Positions 26,321 through 32,000 of a stretch of 32,000 nt of DNA are shown here, piece by piece. This stretch comes from Synechococcus sp. A15-24 (lineage in GTDB: Bacteria; Cyanobacteriota; Cyanobacteriia; PCC-6307; Cyanobiaceae). Made by a program: the position numbers and the translations under genes. The stretch's first letter is position 1. Each line of letters opens with the position of its first letter. The stretch covers positions 1,020,001 through 1,052,000 of the forward strand of contig NZ_CP047960.1 of the NCBI RefSeq assembly GCF_014280195.1, written 5' to 3'. The notes under the pieces are model-generated. The model searched no databases and had not been told where the DNA came from. It saw only the letters and a list, made by a program, of their open reading frames with translations.

Positions 26321-26770
26321 ATGGACGTTCGTTTCCGCGAGGTGGATCCGTTCAACTGCTGGATCTGGCTTCGTTTCGCTTCACCGCCGAGTCAGGGGGA
26401 GCGCAATTACGTCGATGGCATCTTCGACAGCTGGTATGTGATCGGTCGTCTCGGCGGCTTCAACGCTGAAAACCTTCAGGTGCATGAGGAGGGCGCCGAT
26501 CTCAGCTGGATGACCTACGACAACGACGAAGCCGATTCGGTGATGCCGGCGTTGATGCACAACATGGGCCAGCTGGAATATCAGGCCGAATGGGGCCGTT
26601 GCTGGGTCGATTTGGGCACCTGCGATGGCGTCGGGATCGATGTGCTGATCAATGCCCTGCGTCAGCTCGACACTGATGTGGTGCAGATCGAAGAGCTGGT
26701 GATCGGCGGTGTCAACGAGGATTGGCCTGTGGAGGATCACCCCGACAGTCTTTTCCCGTCAGGTGGCTGA
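26321..26770 (+). CDS. conserved cyanobacterial/plastid-lineage hypothetical protein (DUF3531-like, recollection)
   Basis: 149 aa. FREVDPFNCWIWLRF...SWYVIGRLGGFNAENLQV pattern as I remember for DUF3531. Confidence 0.75.
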   Translation: MDVRFREVDPFNCWIWLRFASPPSQGERNYVDGIFDSWYVIGRLGGFNAENLQVHEEGADLSWMTYDNDEADSVMPALMHNMGQLEYQAEWGRCWVDLGTCDGVGIDVLINALRQLDTDVVQIEELVIGGVNEDWPVEDHPDSLFPSGG

Positions 26771-27491
26771 GCGGCGACGGCTGCTGATTGCACCTCAGCG
26801 TCTGGCAGCTGTTGTGACCGGCGATCCAAGCGTCGCGTTGGAACGTTCCGAACAGCACTACCTGCGACGGGTGCTGCGTTGCCGCGTTGGGGACACCATT
26901 GACGTGGTCGATGGCTGCGGATCGCTCTGGCAGGCGCAGTTGATCAGCGCTGATTCTCTCCAGCTCGCGCGTCCAGCCGAGCAGATTGAATCTGCACCCG
27001 TCCCGCGACTGGGTCTTGGCCTGTCCTTGATCCGTCGCGGCTTTGAAGACGCGCTGCGCATGGCCTGTGAACTCGGCGTGGATGAGATTCAGCCGCTTCG
27101 CGCCGACCGCTCTACGCCCCAGGCCGAGCATCGCCCCGAGCGGTGGGCCACGATCCTGCAGGAGGCGGTGGAGCAGTGCGAAAGGCTGTGGTTGCCCACC
27201 TTGAGACCATCCTGCAAGCTTGCTCAATGGCCCAACAGCAGCGACCCCGTGGCTGTGGGTGTCACCCGCCGGGCTGATACGCCTGCACTACATGATTGGC
27301 TCAATCAGACCACAAACTGCAACAGCATGGTCTGGTTGCTGGTGGGTCCTGAGGGGGGGTGGAGCGACGCGGAGGAACAGTTGTCCATCACCAGGGAGTG
27401 GCAACCCGTGCATCTGGGCAGCTCAATCCTGTGCAGTTCAACGGCTGCCGTGCGCGGCAGCGTTGAACTGGTCCAGTGGCGAGATGGATGA
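26763..27491 (+). CDS. rsmE: 16S rRNA (uracil1498-N3)-methyltransferase
   Basis: HYLRRVLRCRVGD N-terminal PUA-like region and C-terminal LLVGPEGGWS motif. GTG 26763 chosen (8-nt overlap with the upstream stop), although the ORF is open from 26709. Confidence 0.85.
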   Translation: MAERRRLLIAPQRLAAVVTGDPSVALERSEQHYLRRVLRCRVGDTIDVVDGCGSLWQAQLISADSLQLARPAEQIESAPVPRLGLGLSLIRRGFEDALRMACELGVDEIQPLRADRSTPQAEHRPERWATILQEAVEQCERLWLPTLRPSCKLAQWPNSSDPVAVGVTRRADTPALHDWLNQTTNCNSMVWLLVGPEGGWSDAEEQLSITREWQPVHLGSSILCSSTAAVRGSVELVQWRDG

Positions 27492-27503
27492 ACCTGACGC
27501 CAA

Positions 27504-27917
27504 TCAGCTTTTGAACAGATCGCCCGCGATGTTTATGAACCCCTTCATGCCGGCACCCGGGCGACGCTTGCGAGCCCGAAGCCCGGTACCGGCCACCAGA
27601 TTGGCCGGGGCATAGGTACTCATCGTGACGACCGGACGGGCGGCCTGGGTTGCAGCGAGTTCTGCAGAGATGGCCTCAGCGGTGGTCTGCACCGCAGCTA
27701 CTGCAGCAGCCACTTCATCAAAAGCCTTGGCCTCGCTGGTCTTGGCCTCGCTGGCGGCGGGGGCTTCCACGGCTGCCACGACAAGAGATGGCTGCGCAGT
27801 CACTGACGCGTCAGCAGCGGGCTCTTCAACTGCGGCTGCTTCGGGCAGGTCCAGGCTGACCGGCTCGGCGGTTTCGTCGAGCGTCAGGAAGAAGCCCTTG
27901 TTCTGGTTAAACAGCAT
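27504..27917 (-). CDS. Ala/Glu-rich low-complexity protein, function unknown
   Basis: Start taken at MLFNQNKGFFLTLDE. Long Ala-rich middle section and a basic C-terminus (RARKRRPGAGMKGF). Contains a 15-bp tandem duplication. Confidence 0.6.
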   Translation of the reverse strand: MLFNQNKGFFLTLDETAEPVSLDLPEAAAVEEPAADASVTAQPSLVVAAVEAPAASEAKTSEAKAFDEVAAAVAAVQTTAEAISAELAATQAARPVVTMSTYAPANLVAGTGLRARKRRPGAGMKGFINIAGDLFKS

Positions 27918-28004
27918 GCCGAGAGTTCCACTCACAACAGCGATGATTCTGCGATGCAAGGACCTGTTCAGGGCCTTTGCTTACGGCACTGCAACACGGC
28001 ATCA

Positions 28005-28724
28005 ATGATCTGGATTCAAGCCCTGCTGCTCAACGCCGTCCTGATTGCTGTGGCCCAACGCGCCCCTCTGCTCACCCCTGCCGGCTGGGTTCATGCGGGT
28101 GCTCTGGGCACGATTCTCTGGGGTTGTCTCGGCTGGCGTGGATGGGTTGCTGTGGTGGCCTATCTGGTGCTGGGCAGCCTGGTGACCCGGGTCGGGCTGC
28201 GCGAGAAGCAGGAGCGTGGTCTGGCGGAGGCCCGAGGCGGCCGCCGTGGACCGGAAAATGTCTGGGGATCGGCAGTCACCGGTGCAAGTCTGGCGCTGCT
28301 GATCGGCGCGGGTGTTGAACCGAGGTCACTGCTGTTGATTGGATTCTCGGCAAGTTTTGCCGCCAAGCTGGCCGACACATTCGGCAGCGAAATCGGCAAG
28401 CGCTGGGGCCGCCGGCCGGTGCTGATCACAACCCTGCGTTCCGTGCCGCCTGGCACGGAAGGGGCCATCAGCCTGGCGGGAACCATGGCCAGTGCCGCCG
28501 GCAGCGTGCTGATGACCCTGGCGATGTGGCAGCTGCAACTGCTGCCATCGATCAGCGTCAGCCTGGTGGTGATGTTGATCGGTCTCCTGGCCACCCTGGC
28601 GGAGAGTCTGATTGGAGCTCTCGCACAGGATCGGTTCCGTTGGCTGAGCAATGAACTGGTGAATGCTCTGCAGACCTTGCTGGCCGCCGTTATGGCGATG
28701 CTGTGGCTGGCCGGCAGGATCTGA
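28005..28724 (+). CDS. DUF92/TIGR00297-family integral membrane protein (VTE6 phytyl-phosphate-kinase-like)
   Basis: Start at MIWIQALLLN. Polytopic membrane protein with LREKQERGLAEARGGRRGPENVWGSA and FGSEIGKRWG motifs, as I recall for DUF92. Confidence 0.8.
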   Translation: MIWIQALLLNAVLIAVAQRAPLLTPAGWVHAGALGTILWGCLGWRGWVAVVAYLVLGSLVTRVGLREKQERGLAEARGGRRGPENVWGSAVTGASLALLIGAGVEPRSLLLIGFSASFAAKLADTFGSEIGKRWGRRPVLITTLRSVPPGTEGAISLAGTMASAAGSVLMTLAMWQLQLLPSISVSLVVMLIGLLATLAESLIGALAQDRFRWLSNELVNALQTLLAAVMAMLWLAGRI

Positions 28725-29436
28725 ACGGCAGCAGACCGTCCTGCTCCGCCCAGTGCTGCAGCAGCTCGATTGCGTTACGGATGGACTTGCGCAGCTGGTG
28801 TTGCGGCACGCCGGTGGCTGACGAGATTCGTCGCACACTGTCCCCTTCGATGAAGTGCCGCTGCAGCAGCTGGCGTTCCTGTGGCTTCAGCAACGCCAGG
28901 GCACGGTCCAGCCAGCGGTCCTCCAGATCGTCGTTCCCCGGGTTGGTGGCCTGCTCGTGGATGGCGCTGATGGGCACCATGTGTTGCGCTTGCTGACTGC
29001 TGCAGGCTTCCTGCCAGCGCTGAACCGTGATGTTCAGAGCGTCCGCCAGCTGAGCGTCCGACAGGGCCGGCCCACCACGTTGCATTTGCTCCTGCTGCAT
29101 CGCCTGGCCTTTCACATAGGTGTCCCGCAGCCGCCAGGGCACCCGAATCGTGCCGGCCCTATCGCGCCGGAAGTGAAGCACCTGTCCGTTGGCGGCCGTG
29201 CTCAGAAATGTTGAGGGTTTGAAACCGCGCCGTGGATCAAACCGCTCCCAGCCACGAATCAACCCAACACGGGCCTCTTGCTCGAGATCGTCCCGCTCCT
29301 CTGGTCCCCGTCGGGTCTGGCGCGAGGCAATCATCCCGGCGATGCCGAGGTGATTGAGAACCTTGGTGTTGCGTTGGCGAACTGCAAGGGGAAGAGCCCG
29401 CCGCAGCTCACGTCGCTGCCATCCGGATGTGGTCAT
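28690..29436 (-). CDS. sigma-70 family alternative sigma factor (group 3-like)
   Basis: Region 2 (DLEQEARVGLIRGWERFDPRRGFKPSTFLS...) and region 4 HTH (SVRRISSATGVPQHQLRKSIRNAIELL). No region 1.1/1.2 extension. Confidence 0.9.
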   Translation of the reverse strand: MTTSGWQRRELRRALPLAVRQRNTKVLNHLGIAGMIASRQTRRGPEERDDLEQEARVGLIRGWERFDPRRGFKPSTFLSTAANGQVLHFRRDRAGTIRVPWRLRDTYVKGQAMQQEQMQRGGPALSDAQLADALNITVQRWQEACSSQQAQHMVPISAIHEQATNPGNDDLEDRWLDRALALLKPQERQLLQRHFIEGDSVRRISSATGVPQHQLRKSIRNAIELLQHWAEQDGLLPFRSCRPATASP

Positions 29437-29554
29437 GGTGCTGAAGCAACTGTCTTCAGCGTTTGTTGTTTCGGGTTCTGCGACCGCCCACCTGGGTGCC
29501 TGATTCCGGCACGAAGGTGCCGGATATGGTCGCGGTGTTGATCAGCTCTGACCC

Positions 29555-29719
29555 ATGGATTGGCAACCGGAGGCCTTGGCAGCCTTGAAGAAGGAAGTGC
29601 CGTTCTTCGTTCGACCTGCCGTTCGCCGGCGGGTTGAGTCGATGGCCAGCGAAGCGGGACGCAGCAGCATCGACCTCAGCTTCTACGCCGAGGCGAAGGC
29701 GAGCATGGCGCCCAGCTGA
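29555..29719 (+). CDS. PCP-reductase-family small protein (ChlB C-terminal-domain-like), 54 aa
   Basis: Translated by hand (below the ORF-track cutoff): MDWQPEALAALKKEVPFFVRPAVRRRVESMASEAGRSSIDLSFYAEAKASMAPS*. The W-x2-EA...L..VP.FVR...R..E pattern matches my recollection of the family. Confidence 0.6.
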   Translation: MDWQPEALAALKKEVPFFVRPAVRRRVESMASEAGRSSIDLSFYAEAKASMAPS

Positions 29720-29722
29720 GGC

Positions 29723-29905
29723 TCAGGGGGTGTCCAGGTCGCAGCGATTCAGCTCCGGCTGGGTCAGGCGATCAATGATGCGGGCCATGTCGATCGAGGT
29801 GAGTTCGCCGTTGTCGTCCCACTTGAGGGTGGTCTTCCGCTGAGCAGGAGGCTGCTGAGCAAAGGGCTGTCCTGTTGTTTGCTCGAAGGAACGATCGGCC
29901 ACCAC
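29723..29905 (-). CDS. hypothetical 60-aa protein
   Basis: GTG start, G/C-rich third positions, convergent with the 54-aa gene (stops 3 nt apart). No motif recognised. Confidence 0.45.
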   Translation of the reverse strand: MVADRSFEQTTGQPFAQQPPAQRKTTLKWDDNGELTSIDMARIIDRLTQPELNRCDLDTP

Positions 29906-29952
29906 ATCCGAATGTCAGGGTTCGGAGATATTAGGGATTCGTGTGGCGTCAG

Positions 29953-30624
29953 TCACCCGAGTACAGGCGTTGTTGTGGTGTGCGGCAACAATTCCGCCCA
30001 GGTCTGCAGGGCTGTCCAGCTGCGGATTCGCCCGTGGATGAAGTGGTGCCCCTCGCCATTTAGATGAAGGCCATCGGGTTCCATCCAGGTCAGCCAGTCC
30101 GGCTCCTCCAGCATGGATCGGTGCAGTGGCAGGAAGGGGATGTCGGCGTCGCGACAGGTTTCGGCCAACACGGCTTCGTGGGCCGCCACATCCTCATTGC
30201 TGTACCAGAGACAGTCCGCAAAGGGCATGACGTGCTCATCCACTGGCGTCAGACCGATCACCAACACCTGCGTCTCCGCCTTCATGTCGTTGAGCAGCTG
30301 CCCCATGCCGAAGCCATAGGCCTCAAGGTTCAGTTGCTGGCGACCATCCGGCCGGCCCACCCGTGCGGTGTCGTTGATTCCGACGGCCAGCAGTACCCCC
30401 TCCGGAGTCTGACGCCGCAGCTCGCCGCGACACTGCCACTCGCTCAGCCAGCGAGCGGCTACCCGTTCCAATCCATCGCCACGGATGCCTAGGGGATAAA
30501 TCACCGGAGCCGCCGGCAGTTGCATCCAGTCCCTGCGCAGACGCTCGCACCATCCCCCGGCCTCTCGATCTCCCCAGCCGTACACCCCGCTATCCCCGAC
30601 CACCAGCAGCTGCTTCGGTTTCAT
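29953..30624 (-). CDS. SGNH/GDSL-family hydrolase
   Basis: N-terminal block I LLVVGDSGVYGWG. The ATG overlaps the upstream permease stop (ATGA). Confidence 0.85.
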   Translation of the reverse strand: MKPKQLLVVGDSGVYGWGDREAGGWCERLRRDWMQLPAAPVIYPLGIRGDGLERVAARWLSEWQCRGELRRQTPEGVLLAVGINDTARVGRPDGRQQLNLEAYGFGMGQLLNDMKAETQVLVIGLTPVDEHVMPFADCLWYSNEDVAAHEAVLAETCRDADIPFLPLHRSMLEEPDWLTWMEPDGLHLNGEGHHFIHGRIRSWTALQTWAELLPHTTTTPVLG

Positions 30625-32000
30625 GTCGCCTCCTGGAGCCGTTCACAGACCAGCTCGCCGAGCAATGTCAACGCGGCATAAACCATGACCAACCAGGCCA
30701 CCAGCGGCCAGTAAAAGGAGGACAGTGCCTCCATCAGCTGCCAACCCAGGCCGCCCCCCCCCACCAGACCGACGACGGCCGTATCCCTGAGGATCACATC
30801 ACTGCGGTAAGCGGCATAGGCGAGATAGCGCTGACTCGCTGGCGACAACACACCGAACAACCAGGCGGAGCGGGGCGGAGCGCCCAGGGCAACCATGGCT
30901 TGTTGGTCGCGGACATCCACGCGCTCGAGCCCGTCCTCCAGCACCAGCCCCATCACACCACTGTGGTGCAGACCCAAGGCCAACGCCGCCACGGCCAGGG
31001 TCGGTTTGCTGGCCAGAATGAGCAACAACGCCGTCAGGGGTGGCGGCAACAATCGCATCAGCGTCCAGCCAGCTTTCAGGACCCAGCCCGCAACAGGCCC
31101 TGGAGCGATCAACCGCAGCAACGGTGGCAGGCCGATGGCAACTCCGGAGGCCAGCAGGGTGATCAGGAGGGTTCCACCAATCAGCTCCAGCCATGGCGTC
31201 TCCATCCAGGCCTGGCTCAGGCCTTCACTCCACAGTGCGGGTGAAGGCCACGGAGCCCCCTCAACCCAGCTGGGTGCTGAGAGATCGTGGTTCAACCCGC
31301 TGCTCCACAACGGCGTGACCAGCGGCAGCATTAGTGCCAGCAGCACCAGGCCATGGCGGGCGGACAGGCGGAGGATCATCAGATTCACCGCCGCCAGCAG
31401 CAGCGCCATCAGCCACAAGCCGCTCCAGAGTTCACGAAAGCGTAGGGATTGCAGGCTGAGCATCAGCTCGGTTCCCAATCCCCCAAGGCCGAAGATGCCC
31501 AGCAGCAGGGCGGATCGCAGGGCACAATCCAGGCGATGGCCGATGTGGTCGCGCAACGCTGTGGCCAGGGGAGGCAGCAGGCTGGTGCACAAGTTGATCA
31601 CGGCAGGCACACCGGCGCATTGCAGGGCAACAAGAGCCGGTGGTTCTTGGCGATCCAGCTGGTCTGCCAGAACCCTGGCCAGCAGTGCTGAATAGGGAAG
31701 AACAATGGCCAGCACGGCCACCCAGCCGTTCAGGCCGAACAGTTGAAGCAACAACAACCCCCAGATCAGTTCATGGATTGATCGCAATGGCGCCAGGCCA
31801 CGCCGCACCACCAGGGCCGGCCAGCGCCGCCCCATCAGCGTGGACCAGATCGTGGTGGAACAGATCAGCCCAAGTACCAGTCCCACAAGACTGCTCAAGC
31901 TCCAGGCCAGGAGAGCCGTCAGAGCCGTGATCTGCAGCCCCGTGAGCTGATGCTTCAGCAGCGACGGTTCCAGTGAGGGTTGCAGGGCCGCCAGCCAGAA
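30621..32000 (-). CDS. phnE: phosphonate-type ABC transporter permease, duplicated PhnE-like (5' end outside the window)
   Basis: C-terminal half carries a PhnE-like loop (...AMVALGAPPRSAWLFGVLSPASQRYLAYAAYRSDVILRDTAVVGLVGGGGLGWQL). The frame stays open from 31898 to the window edge (FWLAALQPSLEPSLLKHQLTGLQITALTALLAWS...), so the gene is partial. Confidence 0.8.
   Translation of the reverse strand, partial: FWLAALQPSLEPSLLKHQLTGLQITALTALLAWSLSSLVGLVLGLICSTTIWSTLMGRRWPALVVRRGLAPLRSIHELIWGLLLLQLFGLNGWVAVLAIVLPYSALLARVLADQLDRQEPPALVALQCAGVPAVINLCTSLLPPLATALRDHIGHRLDCALRSALLLGIFGLGGLGTELMLSLQSLRFRELWSGLWLMALLLAAVNLMILRLSARHGLVLLALMLPLVTPLWSSGLNHDLSAPSWVEGAPWPSPALWSEGLSQAWMETPWLELIGGTLLITLLASGVAIGLPPLLRLIAPGPVAGWVLKAGWTLMRLLPPPLTALLLILASKPTLAVAALALGLHHSGVMGLVLEDGLERVDVRDQQAMVALGAPPRSAWLFGVLSPASQRYLAYAAYRSDVILRDTAVVGLVGGGGLGWQLMEALSSFYWPLVAWLVMVYAALTLLGELVCERLQEAT

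Overview
The window looks like a high-GC (about 55-60%) marine picocyanobacterial chromosome segment, most likely a Synechococcus-type genome. That inference rests on gene content only: glgC-gnd-pgl, a class II NrdJ reductase, CIA30-, CPP1-, DUF3531-like and PCP-reductase-like small proteins, a pentapeptide-repeat protein and an alternative sigma factor. I could not run any database search. Nearly all of it is tightly packed core metabolism and housekeeping genes, with many 1-10 nt start/stop overlaps. I support 42 CDS (two partial at the window edges), one tRNA-Ser(UGA), two intergenic hairpin terminators and one palindrome. I found no rRNA, CRISPR array, transposase, integrase, prophage or recognisable defence or toxin family. 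Three places depart from the core pattern. (1) An AT-rich, almost ORF-free islet of about 2 kb (16471-18530) directly abuts the 3' end of tRNA-Ser. (2) A lower-GC single gene for a secreted protein of unknown function (3874-4869) is closed by a bidirectional terminator. (3) A ribbon-helix-helix gene lies 2 nt upstream of an unrecognisable 139-aa gene (14973-15631), an antitoxin/toxin-like layout with no recognisable toxin. A divergent pair of overlapped operons (10204-14959), each carrying an SDR, is a further function-unknown cluster. None of these is demonstrably a new system from sequence alone, so I rate them moderate and say what would test them. Long ORFs antisense to the core genes are treated as high-GC artefacts.
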